Below, piece by piece: positions 50,119-59,639 of a stretch of 64,000 bases of DNA. Under the pieces are notes generated by a model that ran no database searches, was not told the DNA's origin, and saw nothing but the letters and a program-made list of their open reading frames with translations. Numbering within the stretch: the stretch's first letter is position 1; the number at the start of each line of letters is the position of its first letter. The translations under genes were made by a program, and so were the position numbers. This stretch comes from Candidatus Bathyarchaeota archaeon (GTDB lineage Archaea > Thermoproteota > Bathyarchaeia > Bathyarchaeales > Bathycorpusculaceae), in assembly GCA_963806535.1 (NCBI GenBank), contig CAWDYC010000005.1:64001-128000 (forward strand), in the 5' to 3' direction.

Positions 50119-50266
50119 AAAACTTCACTAAGGAATAGATAGTTTTCCAGCTTTAAAAACTTGAAGGGTGCAAGTGTTCTTTAATATTTAGAAAATATTC
50201 TCAACGGTGGTGTTGTCTCTTTGCTATGTAATTATTATACGAATATCCTATTTGTTGAGAAGCCTA

Positions 50267-50485
50267 TTATGCTTCAGCTTTGCCTTTTTTCCATTTCGAA
50301 GAGTCACGCAAATTCTCAACCGGCGAATCGTTATTGAAGCATAGAGAAGCCTGAGTTTTCTGTTTATAGTTTTTCTCCTCTATTTTTGCTTTGGTTTCTT
50401 TAGAGCTGAACTCAACGCTTCCTTCAAGCTTACGTATTGTTCTGCCAATCCTGCGCTGACCCTTTGTTACAGTGCATCTTCCCAT
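50267..50485 (-). CDS. Small basic hypothetical protein
   Basis: 72 aa ORF in intergenic space. Confidence 0.4.
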   Translation of the reverse strand: MGRCTVTKGQRRIGRTIRKLEGSVEFSSKETKAKIEEKNYKQKTQASLCFNNDSPVENLRDSSKWKKGKAEA

Positions 50486-50555
50486 TTTTGGTCAAAAGTA
50501 ATTGAACGCTAAAGTTAAAAAACCCTTCCAACAACTAGTTTAGTAGTGACCTTTT

Positions 50556-50969
50556 ATGAAAACAACGTGTAGAACCATAAAACAAAAAGTGATAATTCCA
50601 GCTTCTCCAAAAGAAGTCTATGATGCCTACACCGATCCTAAAAAACACACTGCATTCACAGAGAGCAAAGCATCGGGTAAACCAGTTGTCGGTGGCAAAT
50701 TCACTGCTTGGGACGGATACATTTTTGGAAAATACCTTGAACTAGATGATGGAAAACGTGTGGTTCAGGAGTGGACATCAACTGATTTTCCAAAAGGATA
50801 TGGTCCCTCAAGATTAGAGCTCTGTTTCAATAAGGATCCAAAAGGAACTGAACTTATTATGGTGCAATCAAATTTTCCAGAAGAGATAGCGGATGATGCT
50901 GCTGATGGCTGGGTTGAATGGTATTGGGATCCACTTAAAAAATACTTTAGCGAACAACCAAAATCTTAA
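50556..50969 (+). CDS. SRPBCC/AHSA1 (Aha1 C-terminal-like) protein
   Basis: ASPKEVYDAYTD, GGKFTAWDGYIFG, VQEW, GWVEWYWDPLK. Confidence 0.88.
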   Translation: MKTTCRTIKQKVIIPASPKEVYDAYTDPKKHTAFTESKASGKPVVGGKFTAWDGYIFGKYLELDDGKRVVQEWTSTDFPKGYGPSRLELCFNKDPKGTELIMVQSNFPEEIADDAADGWVEWYWDPLKKYFSEQPKS

Positions 50970-51029
50970 TTCGGTACTTTTCAACAAAATCCCAAATCAG
51001 CCATTCAACTTTTTGTTTTTTCTAAATAA

Positions 51030-52292
51030 CTATTGTTCTGTTCGAGTTTTCCCAATTCCTGAAAAATAGAAGACGACTGCTGAAGCTACCAGTACTACTG
51101 TCAAAGAAGTAAAAAGCCCGTTGTACTGCAAAAATGTGGCAAGGATTACTCCGCTTATTATGGGTCCAATAGTTTGTCCAATATCCATCATTGTGCTTAA
51201 GAAACCCATGGACGTGCCTACTAAATTGCTCGGGGTTAACTCGCACATCAGAGGTGCGGTTGAAGAGATCACCATGGCAAAGCCTAAACCGTAACCAACC
51301 GAAATTGCAAGCAATAGACCAAATTGAGTTGTAAATGGAATCGCAAACAACAATGCTCCACCAATTACGCAGCCTAAAACGATTGGCAAACGCCTGCTAC
51401 TTCTATCAGAGAAGCGTCCAACAATAGGTCGAGAAACAATTAAGGAAACAACCTGTATACCCATCACAATGGAAACCGCCAACGCGTTAAAACCTGCTTT
51501 CTGTATCATGTATTGCACCAAATAAAACTCAACAACTCCATAAACGTAATATTGGATTGATTGAACAAAACTCACAACCAAAGCACCCCTATTACGAGCA
51601 ACAACGAGCCATCCTCTAAGCATCGTGCCCGTCGCCATCTTTGCCTTCATCGGAGGCCTAATCGTTGTCTTGTTTTCTGATAACAAAAACAAGGCAATAA
51701 CAAACGACGCGACACCCGCAATAGCCACCGCCAAATACAAAATGTGAAAACCATAGCTGGTCACGAACAAAATGGAGCCACCCAAGAAAGGAGCCAGTCC
51801 ACGACCCACAGCCGTTGCTGAATTAAAAGTGGAAATGCGTTCACCTCTTTTGGCGGGGTATCGTTCAGCAATTGTGGCTTCTGCAACTGGAACAAAAATT
51901 GCAGTTGCGAAGCCATGGTAGAAACGCACAAGCGCTAGCTGCCACCAAACATTAACAAACAGGTAGAGGAAAGGTGCAGACGCGAAAACGAATGTGGCGA
52001 ACAGAAGCATTTTTTTTCTGCCAAACACGTCTGAGAGTGATGCAGCTGGAAGGCTCACCAGTATGCCGGGAATTGTTGAGGCGGATGCAATTATGCCTGT
52101 TAAGTTTGCTGGTGTTCCAAGGCTTATGGCGAAGGGGTTGAGGACCGGGTTTTTTGACATTGTACTGCTTAATATGGCAAAAGCTCCCATGATGCATAGG
52201 ACCCAGAAGAATCGGTTACTGACTATTTTCTCAGCCTGCATTAAAGTCACAGATAATTTTTTAGTATCTGGTATTTTGGTTTTTGCATTCAA
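51030..52292 (-). CDS. MFS transporter
   Basis: Motif A (LSDVFGRKK; GRFSDRSSRR); 12 TM helices. Confidence 0.92.
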   Translation of the reverse strand: MNAKTKIPDTKKLSVTLMQAEKIVSNRFFWVLCIMGAFAILSSTMSKNPVLNPFAISLGTPANLTGIIASASTIPGILVSLPAASLSDVFGRKKMLLFATFVFASAPFLYLFVNVWWQLALVRFYHGFATAIFVPVAEATIAERYPAKRGERISTFNSATAVGRGLAPFLGGSILFVTSYGFHILYLAVAIAGVASFVIALFLLSENKTTIRPPMKAKMATGTMLRGWLVVARNRGALVVSFVQSIQYYVYGVVEFYLVQYMIQKAGFNALAVSIVMGIQVVSLIVSRPIVGRFSDRSSRRLPIVLGCVIGGALLFAIPFTTQFGLLLAISVGYGLGFAMVISSTAPLMCELTPSNLVGTSMGFLSTMMDIGQTIGPIISGVILATFLQYNGLFTSLTVVLVASAVVFYFSGIGKTRTEQ

Positions 52293-52352
52293 CGCTCTGA
52301 ATTGATAAGAGGGGTAACAAAATTTCCTCTTTAGAAACTGTACGTGTCTAAG

Positions 52353-53009
52353 TCAACCGTAAGTTGAAGTTACATCTTGAAATGAGCCATCTTCAAATGC
52401 GTAGATTCTAACACTTGACCCAATGTCTTTGCCCCAGTCCCAGCCGCTATAATGTGATGGGTTATTCCACACTTTGTCGGATGGATCCACATGCACCCAA
52501 CTTCCATTATAGTAATCTTCAGCCCAGGTATGGATGAAATTCCAGTTTGTCGTGTCAGCTGCAACCACTATTCGGCTCTGATATCCAAGTGCGAGACAAG
52601 CAGAAACGTAAACAATGCTCCATTGAACACAGATACCGTCTCCAAAGTTTAAAATTTGAATTGGGTCCTCTGACCACGTTGTGTCTGAGGAAAAAACCAT
52701 CTTAGTTTGCTGCCAAGAAAAAAGGTCTGTTTGATTATAATTAGATTTAAGCTGTGATGCCATGGCTGTTTTGGTTTGAGTTGAGTTTAAGCTTTTCATT
52801 AATGTTAAGTAATGTTCTGTGAATGCTGTGAAGGCGGGGTTGTTGTTGATTGCTGAATTTGAATCTTTGTTTTCCTTACCGTTCTGAGAGTAAACCAAGT
52901 ATGCAGCAGTAGGCAAAGTCGCAATAAGAATTGTGGCTACAGCGATGAATATCCATCTTCGACTATGCCGATTTCGTCTCTTAGTATGCCCTTTGCCCGC
53001 AGATCTCAT
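52353..53009 (-). CDS. Membrane-anchored transglutaminase-like cysteine protease
   Basis: GDGICVQWS...HTWAE...WVHVDPS catalytic C-H-D triad. Confidence 0.85.
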   Translation of the reverse strand: MRSAGKGHTKRRNRHSRRWIFIAVATILIATLPTAAYLVYSQNGKENKDSNSAINNNPAFTAFTEHYLTLMKSLNSTQTKTAMASQLKSNYNQTDLFSWQQTKMVFSSDTTWSEDPIQILNFGDGICVQWSIVYVSACLALGYQSRIVVAADTTNWNFIHTWAEDYYNGSWVHVDPSDKVWNNPSHYSGWDWGKDIGSSVRIYAFEDGSFQDVTSTYG

Positions 53010-53422
53010 AGCGCCATATATGGTAGCTTTTAACAGTAAAACCTTATCCTATCCTAAGAATAACTATCCATTTCATTTGAAAAGCTAAAGTGTTACCAAA
53101 CTTCGGTTTTTATGTTACTGGTTTTCAACATAGGTGAACATGGTTTCATGATCCGGTGGACCTCATGTTTTTTGTTTTGGTTTGTTTGGGATTTTTGCTG
53201 CTTTTTGTTTTTCATTTGATAGAGTAGGTATTTGGGTTTGTTGGTTTAATTGGTTTTTGCGTTGTTTTTTTTTGTTCCGATGGGGTTGATTTTCTATTAA
53301 ATCTTTGTCTTGTAAATCTTGACTTGTTTTGGAATCCTGTCGTTTGGTTAGCGTCACATTTTTTAAACCCGCAAACAAATTATAAGTCGGTGCTTGATTT
53401 GCCAACTCAAAAATATTTAGCA

Positions 53423-53683
53423 ATGATCAGAATTAGTCCAAACATGGCTGCCAAACTCTACGACCCCCTGATGGAGTTCACAGAGAAACCATCCGAAGGT
53501 GTAAAGCTAGAAGAAGCGTATCAAGTATTTGGAAAATGGGATTTTGCAGTCCTCTTCGAAGCAGACACAAACGAGAACGCGCTGCATTTCGTGGGAGACA
53601 AAATCCGACTAATAGAAGGAGTAATAGCGACCACCACCATCCCGTTAACGCCGATAAAAAACTACCGCAAAAACAATGAGTAA
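53423..53683 (+). CDS. Lrp/AsnC ligand-binding (RAM/GYD-like) domain protein
   Basis: AYQVFGKWDFAVLFEA...KIRLIEGVIATTT. Confidence 0.7.
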   Translation: MIRISPNMAAKLYDPLMEFTEKPSEGVKLEEAYQVFGKWDFAVLFEADTNENALHFVGDKIRLIEGVIATTTIPLTPIKNYRKNNE

Positions 53684-53880
53684 TTAATTTTTTTTTCTTA
53701 AACCAATTGCCTCGGAGTATGTTTTTTACTTGAGGTATTTTTTGTCAGAAAATGCGCGAATTGCCGTTGAAGAATAGTTCATAATTAGTTGAAACTTGCG
53801 CCACGATTTTTCTCATATTTTTCGGATTCTTGTAAGAAAAGACCGGAATTGGTCTTAATCAGACTGTATGGAGAATCTCG

Positions 53881-54639
53881 TCACGATTGCTGTTCAAAGC
53901 ATTTTGGAATCCAAGGAACGACACGGATTGAAGGTTCTTTTAGTCCATTAAGAATTGCAACATTTAGCAGCAAAGGCGTTAGTGACTCAATTAACTTGGA
54001 ATTTGCTAAGGCTCCCACTCTAAGAGGACGCAAATTAGATATGTCAGCAATCAAATTAGAAACCAACGCAATCGAATCAGGATTGTCTCCAGCAACTAAA
54101 ACATCAATATTCATTATCGAATCGATATTGTCAAGGTAAGCTGCAGGTACCGTTTGAAATGCCGAAACCACAGGAGTAGGCTCCACAATTTTTTGAACAA
54201 CTTCAGCCGCAGACATGCCTCGATACTGTTCCAATTGCTCAGTAGCAAGCGGTACATAGTTAAACAGACCTTTCCGCTTCTCCATAGGCACAACAACAGA
54301 CAGCACCGTTTGGTCTGCCCTAAAACACTTCTTAACTTCACCCAAAATGTCAATAATTCCCGAACATGGAAGAGCTACTACCACAACATCCGATTCCAAG
54401 GCAGCATCACAGTTAAGAGCTCCTCTAATGCTTCCCTTCATATCCGCTTGATAGAAGCCTCTCGCAACGCTTTCCTGTTCTTTAGCGATTGACAAAGCTT
54501 TGTCAAGGGATCTTGATCCAAGAATGACGTCATGTTTGAATGCCCAACGGACAGAGAGCCCTCCGCCCATATTTCCAGTTCCGCCTAAAATTCCGATTTT
54601 CAAAAAAATGTCTCCTAACAGAATATTCTTCGAATGCAT
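53881..54639 (-). CDS. npdG: F420-dependent NADP+ oxidoreductase
   Basis: KIGILGGTGNMGGGL, LGSRS, SAAE, VSAFQTVPA, DVLVAGD, ESLTPLL. Confidence 0.88.
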   Translation of the reverse strand: MHSKNILLGDIFLKIGILGGTGNMGGGLSVRWAFKHDVILGSRSLDKALSIAKEQESVARGFYQADMKGSIRGALNCDAALESDVVVVALPCSGIIDILGEVKKCFRADQTVLSVVVPMEKRKGLFNYVPLATEQLEQYRGMSAAEVVQKIVEPTPVVSAFQTVPAAYLDNIDSIMNIDVLVAGDNPDSIALVSNLIADISNLRPLRVGALANSKLIESLTPLLLNVAILNGLKEPSIRVVPWIPKCFEQQS

Positions 54640-54682
54640 TTAAGAACTTTTTCAAGCAAAAATCAAGCGAGTTAGAAATGTT

Positions 54683-54961
54683 TCAGTTTTCTTGTTTCTT
54701 TACTTCACAACTGTCGAATATTTTTCCCATTCTTGTTCTATTCAAGTAAGTAATTAAGGTAAACTGCATTATACCTCCAAAACCGTTAGCCACCACCCAT
54801 GTCCAAGCCCCAAACGTGTTGAAAGACATCGCAAAGATCGCGGATGCAACAAGGAAAATAGTGAAACCTATAACATTAAATTTGATGAAACGCAAAAGCC
54901 ACCTCTTTGCTGAATGGCCAAAGGGTTTGTGGACTGGATTATCAATTTTAATCATGTTCAA
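54683..54961 (-). CDS. Small GtrA-like membrane protein
   Basis: RFIKFNVIG followed by two TM helices. Confidence 0.5.
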   Translation of the reverse strand: MNMIKIDNPVHKPFGHSAKRWLLRFIKFNVIGFTIFLVASAIFAMSFNTFGAWTWVVANGFGGIMQFTLITYLNRTRMGKIFDSCEVKKQEN

Positions 54962-55094
54962 AACCTGTTTACAATACTCAGAATATAGCTCTATTTAAGG
55001 AATCAACAGATAAATCCAAGCTCGCTAAAATTGTTTTTTCAAAAATCGTAAAACTCTAATATAAAACCAATCAATACTGCTTGTTTTGATTCAT

Positions 55095-55345
55095 CCCGGC
55101 AATCTCAGTATAAAGACATAGGCAAACGGAGAAGTTCGCCAAGATGGCAACACACATGACATGATTTTCAGCGTTGCCCAGACAATTCACCATCTCACGC
55201 GAATCATGACGCTAGAACCCTGCGACGTTATTGCCATCTGTACCCTTTCGGAAGTAGCTATGGCCATGAAACCGACCTAAGTGGCTACAAGCAGCCGATA
55301 TTGTCCGCACAGAAATCGAAGTTATCGGGAACATTAGAAAATTCA
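55095..55345 (+). pseudogene. Fumarylacetoacetate-hydrolase-family remnant (C-terminal part only)
   Basis: Manual translation [71 protein letters not shown]; in-frame stop and degraded TGTP motif. Confidence 0.8.
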
Positions 55346-55462
55346 ACTCAAGAAATGTAACTTCTAACTTTTCATCGTCGAGTCTTGCTTATTCTTAAAA
55401 TCAAATTGTCAAATGTTTAGGATTCAGTTACTATCTAATTCGTGAATGAACTTTGTTTGGCG

Positions 55463-55762
55463 TCAGGCTTTTTCAATGACAGAAATTTTTTGTTGTGGTC
55501 CGCCGAAAAACTTCAGAACAGTTACGCCGCGTTTTGTGACTGTGAAAACTACGCTACTTTTCTTAATTGTTCGCTCTTCGACCAAGCCTTGCTTGATTAG
55601 AAAGACCAGGTACCCTTTGAGTGTGCTAACGTTGATGTTTGATTCGTGTGCCATGTGCGTCAATCTCAATGGACCCGTGCGTGCCAATACTTTAAGGATG
55701 TCAATGTTTATTTCCAGTTTTGATCGCCTCATCTGCTTTGCCTCAAGATTCTCCAGTTTCAC
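55463..55762 (-). CDS. Archaeal winged-helix transcription regulator
   Basis: MRRSKLEINIDILKVL..GPLRLTHM...NIN...YL..LIKQGLV...VTKRG. Confidence 0.85.
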   Translation of the reverse strand: MKLENLEAKQMRRSKLEINIDILKVLARTGPLRLTHMAHESNINVSTLKGYLVFLIKQGLVEERTIKKSSVVFTVTKRGVTVLKFFGGPQQKISVIEKA

Positions 55763-55990
55763 AGGTGGTCTTTCTATTGCGCAAATGTAAGTTCTTTTTA
55801 TAAACTTTTGCTATATTCAGATGTTTTAATCATTAAAAAACCAATATTTTGAACCAAAAATGAAGAAAGCTACCAACACTTTTTCTGTGATTGTACAAAG
55901 ACTATCACAATTTTTTATATGCTTTTCAGAATAATAGTAATATCCTTGCACTGCCGATTTAGATAAAAAAGTTAGTATAGAGTTTTCGGG

Positions 55991-56269
55991 ATGACAAGAA
56001 AAAATATTCAAGAAATTGACTTTACTTCAAGTCAAGACCGGAAAAGCAAATCTGACGTAACCAAGAAAAGAATGCTTACTGTTAGATGTGTGTGCGGTTG
56101 CGAAATTTTGGTTGTGCCCGATTTGAAAGCTATGAACCGTGCCATTAGAGATCATGTAGCCGAGCATAAGAAAGTAAGCGATGGTCCAGAGTTTAACTCG
56201 TTAGAACAGTTTTTGACAGAGCAAGTTCTGATAGTCGCAAGCGAAAAGAACATGCCAAATGTAAATTAG
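55991..56269 (+). CDS. Hypothetical protein with CxCG...H...H putative Zn site
   Basis: RCVCGCEILVVPDLKAMNRAIRDHVAEH. Confidence 0.65.
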   Translation: MTRKNIQEIDFTSSQDRKSKSDVTKKRMLTVRCVCGCEILVVPDLKAMNRAIRDHVAEHKKVSDGPEFNSLEQFLTEQVLIVASEKNMPNVN

Positions 56270-56346
56270 TCGAAAACGCTTACCACGGTCTCCAAAAATT
56301 TACTGTAGCACATAGAATTATGCCTTTTTCTTTATGCCCAGGCATC

Positions 56347-57021
56347 TTAACTTTTGACCCAATCAGAAACTACTATCTCATTAGTGTTTCCAAATTCTTT
56401 AACTGTAACAATACCACGTTGCGCAAACCGAGCCACAATCCGATGAGTCTTAAGCCTACTTAACCCAGCTTCCTTTGAAACATACTTTTGCAAATATTTC
56501 CCCTGATGAACAACTAACACATTCAAGACCTTCTTTTCTTCAGGAGTCATTGTTTTCAACAAAACATCGCAGTTGTTTGAGACGTTTTGCATATTCTTGG
56601 CGTTAGTGGAATTTTTTTTGGCTTCTTTATCTTGATTAATGGTGTGAGTTTCAAGCTCAGTTTTTGGTGAGCTGGGATTGCATGTTCCTCTGACGTACTT
56701 TAGTTCTGGAAATGTGAGATAAAACGCGACTCCGATAACTGCAACCGCGACTACAGCTCCTAACGCTACTGGAATTATCAAAAGATAAGAGGTTGAAGCT
56801 GTACCGCCGTTACCCATCATGCCACCCATTCCTCCATTGTTTCCAGTGCTTCCAGTTCCCCTCCACATCTGGCTCATCCAACTTGAATTATAGTAGCTTG
56901 GAGATGAAGTCGCTAAGTACCAGCTAACGAAAGTAAGAGTTAACAAGGCTGCTAAGGTAGCGATCAAAACAATGATGAAAAAGTGTATCCTTCGCATATG
57001 ATACATAAATTTCATACGCAA
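56347..57021 (-). CDS. Membrane-anchored wHTH protein (two TMs with Gly/Met loop); start probably ATG at 56997
   Basis: TM-GGMGGMMG-TM, then TPEEKKVLNVL...QKYVSKEAGLSRLKTHRIVARF..RGIV...GNTNEI. Confidence 0.8.
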   Translation of the reverse strand: MRMKFMYHMRRIHFFIIVLIATLAALLTLTFVSWYLATSSPSYYNSSWMSQMWRGTGSTGNNGGMGGMMGNGGTASTSYLLIIPVALGAVVAVAVIGVAFYLTFPELKYVRGTCNPSSPKTELETHTINQDKEAKKNSTNAKNMQNVSNNCDVLLKTMTPEEKKVLNVLVVHQGKYLQKYVSKEAGLSRLKTHRIVARFAQRGIVTVKEFGNTNEIVVSDWVKS

Positions 57022-57039
57022 AATTAAGGGTTACTGGGC

Positions 57040-57075
57040 GAAACTTGGGTTTGCTCCATGAAAACTTGTGTTTCA
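57040..57075. promoter_or_regulatory. Tandem AAAC-N4-GTTT palindromes (21-bp period) upstream of the TM-wHTH gene
   Basis: aaacttgggttt at 57041 and aaacttgtgttt at 57062. Confidence 0.5.
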
Positions 57076-57132
57076 AGATACTAGTCACTAAATGAAACAG
57101 AGAAAGATGTTTTTAAAAAAAAGGTTGGTAGT

Positions 57133-57450
57133 TTAAGGTCTGAATCCCATGCATCGTCCATATCCAGGGTAGCCTTGATAGGTCGTTGTAATACCTGTAT
57201 TTGGATCTGTTACTGTTATGTTTGCTGGAAGATCTTGATAGGTTGTTGTTCCAGTTCCATAATTTTGTGTTCCTCTTAATCCGAAGCATCTACCCATCCA
57301 GCCGAAGAAGCCATTGTTTGCTGCTCCGCTTGCTGACCCGTTTGGTGCTGAAGTAGCGATTTGCGCTGAAACCAATCCTACAACTGCAACTGCTAATACT
57401 GCAACTATTGCCAATGCAACTATTAGTTTTGTGTTCATGTTCTTTTTCAC
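57133..57450 (-). CDS. Small secreted Gly-rich protein
   Basis: Signal peptide; GFFGWMGRCFG and GYGRCMG repeats. Confidence 0.65.
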   Translation of the reverse strand: MKKNMNTKLIVALAIVAVLAVAVVGLVSAQIATSAPNGSASGAANNGFFGWMGRCFGLRGTQNYGTGTTTYQDLPANITVTDPNTGITTTYQGYPGYGRCMGFRP

Positions 57451-57615
57451 CTCAATAGGATATTAAGTATTCGAATGATATGATAGTTGGCTGAAACAGA
57501 CGTGAAACAGTTTTTTGAAACGTTTTTCACCATGAAAAAAGGACAAATTTGGATTATTTTTCTGGATACGTTAGATTTTTGGTCTTAAGAATTGACTAAG
57601 CCCTTATTTTCTGTT

Positions 57616-58931
57616 TTAATGTGGCATGAAACGGGCGCCTCTTCCAGGAAGTGGTGCTTGAACACTTGCATAAACTGCCAGAGCTAGACTCCAGAATACA
57701 TCATCGTGGCTGCCTTCTGGATGACTAAATCTAAGATGGCCAGTTTTCAGGAGTTCGTATTTTTCGATGTTAAGTTCGGAGGTTAATTCAAGATCGGCTA
57801 TTCTTTTGGATGGAACGTATGGAATTTTGATTTCTTGGGTTCGCATTTTTTCTCTTAAGATTGTTGCCATTTCTTCTTTAGATTGGATATTGAATGTGAT
57901 TCCGTTGACTCCATGGATGCCTCCTCGAACCATGTCTTCAACAATATAGCCGCCTACACCAGTAATGTCGGCATACACAGAATTCATGCTTTTCCAGCGA
58001 TCTTGAAGACTTTTAATGTAGCCAATAACGCTGCCATAAGGGGTTTTTAGTGGAAAACGGTGAACATGAACAATTCTTGTCATGGCTCCAAGCTTTTCAA
58101 CCACAACGACCACGCTGAAGTCTTGTTCTTTTCCAAAATCAACTCCGACATGGAAATCGCCGCTGGGCATTGTTTGAAAATCATAAGGCTCAAGTTTGCT
58201 ATCAATGCAGTTAATTATTAAACTCTGAGTTAGCCAAGCGTCAACGTCTTCGACGAATTCACTCATGAATTCCCGTTGAAACCTCTCAAATGGAATCTGA
58301 TTTCGCATCTCTTCAATAAAACTCTGCTTTATCAGCCCGCTGTTCTTGACATCTTCACATGTTATCTTGTGTTTGCTGAACTGTGGATTTTGGCACATAC
58401 GATAAAAAACGCTGTCTTTACTCCAAGGCGTGCTTGAAGCGATAAGAATGCCATCTGTTGTTGCAAGCATTGGATAGAGCACGTTGAAAAAGACAAGGTT
58501 GTCATCTCGGAAAAAAGCTGCTTCGTCACATATGACTTGGTTTGCTGTGTATCCTCGTAGAAGTTGCGGATTGTTTGGGAGGGCGATTATGCGTGATTCC
58601 ATTGTTTAGTTGGATGATGGTTCTTTGAAGTTTTTTGACAAAAATGTTGGAGTATTTTGGTGGTAGGCTTGTTAGGAAGTCAGTAATGCGGTCGCTCATT
58701 ATCATGCTTTGACGTAGGCTTGGAGCTATGATGAGTGTTAAGGTTTTCTGGTGAGTAAGTGCATACCATATCGCTCTCAGAGCTATGGTTGTTGTTTTTC
58801 CGCTTTGGCGGCTCCAAACTACAACTATGCGTTTGCTTTCATCCCGAAGTAGGTCGGCTTGGTATTTGAGTCGGCTTAAAATTGAAGAATGTTTCAGCAA
58901 AAAGAGCTGGATCTGCAAAGGCTTTTTCCAT
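57616..58931 (-). CDS. Terminase large subunit (ATPase plus RNase H-like nuclease), two frameshifts (~58870, ~58600)
   Basis: YQADLL, SRQSGKTT (Walker A), IIAPSLRQS, LRG...ICDEAAF (Walker B), SSTP, FQREFMSEF, GVDFG...D, DITGVG, HDDVFWSLAL. Confidence 0.9.
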
Positions 58932-58932
58932 C

Positions 58933-59340
58933 TTAAATCGTTCCCAATAGTTTTTTCAGTTTCAGTGTTACGTCGTCGTCATGTATTATTTCCTTGAAGA
59001 TTTTACCTCGCATTTTAGGTGTAAGTTGCAGTTCATCAAAAGTGGAAATGAGCATGCAGTGAATCTTTGCTAGAGCGTCAGCATACTTGCATACATTTGC
59101 TTTGTTTTCATCGCTGGAAAGAAGTTCTTCAATGTAGAGCCAATCAGCAAAAAGTCTTGCTGCTTGCTCAATGAGTGGTGCATCAAGATTTCGTACAAAG
59201 GTCGGTCTTCTTCCTAAATGCCTGAAAATTGCTCTTCTTAGTTCTTCATATTCTCCACGCTGCCTATTCGCTATGCGCCGTTCAATAAAATGTACTGGAT
59301 AATTGATTCTTCTCATGTACAAATCACTAGTTTTCAACAT
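58933..59340 (-). CDS. Putative terminase small subunit
   Basis: Helical 135 aa protein immediately upstream of terL; C-terminal 'ELQLTPKMR' resembles the 'LGLTP..R' motif of P27-like TerS. Confidence 0.55.
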   Translation of the reverse strand: MLKTSDLYMRRINYPVHFIERRIANRQRGEYEELRRAIFRHLGRRPTFVRNLDAPLIEQAARLFADWLYIEELLSSDENKANVCKYADALAKIHCMLISTFDELQLTPKMRGKIFKEIIHDDDVTLKLKKLLGTI

Positions 59341-59563
59341 ATGTCAACATACTTTCATGAACCGGGGGGGGTCGACTATGCTCTCCCATCGGAAGAGGGT
59401 TAACACTGCTTAAGAAGAAAGCGAACAAACTACTCTCCACATCAGCGGAGGGGGAGGTGAAAGTGAAATTACTGAAAACATTTTAAGCTGAAAAGACCTA
59501 AGCTCGGCTGTTACAAGTAGTACATTGTTTATTTTTCCATTATCTACCCCTTTGCTTTCAAGC

Positions 59564-59607
59564 GTTCTAGTTGTAGAACAAAACGTTCTATGACGAGAGC
59601 TAATAAG
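59564..59607 (+). promoter_or_regulatory. Tandem palindromic operator GTTCTA-N4-TAGAAC abutting a TATA-like box
   Basis: GTTCTAgttgTAGAAC-aaaac-GTTCTAtgacGAGAGC-taataag. Confidence 0.75.
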
Positions 59608-59639
59608 TAGCTTGAAAACAATATTTGCGGTGACAACGT

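Noticed and set aside
53163-53423. 86-aa K/Q/N-rich minus-strand ORF
   Set aside because: Low-complexity product of the T/G-rich non-coding tract
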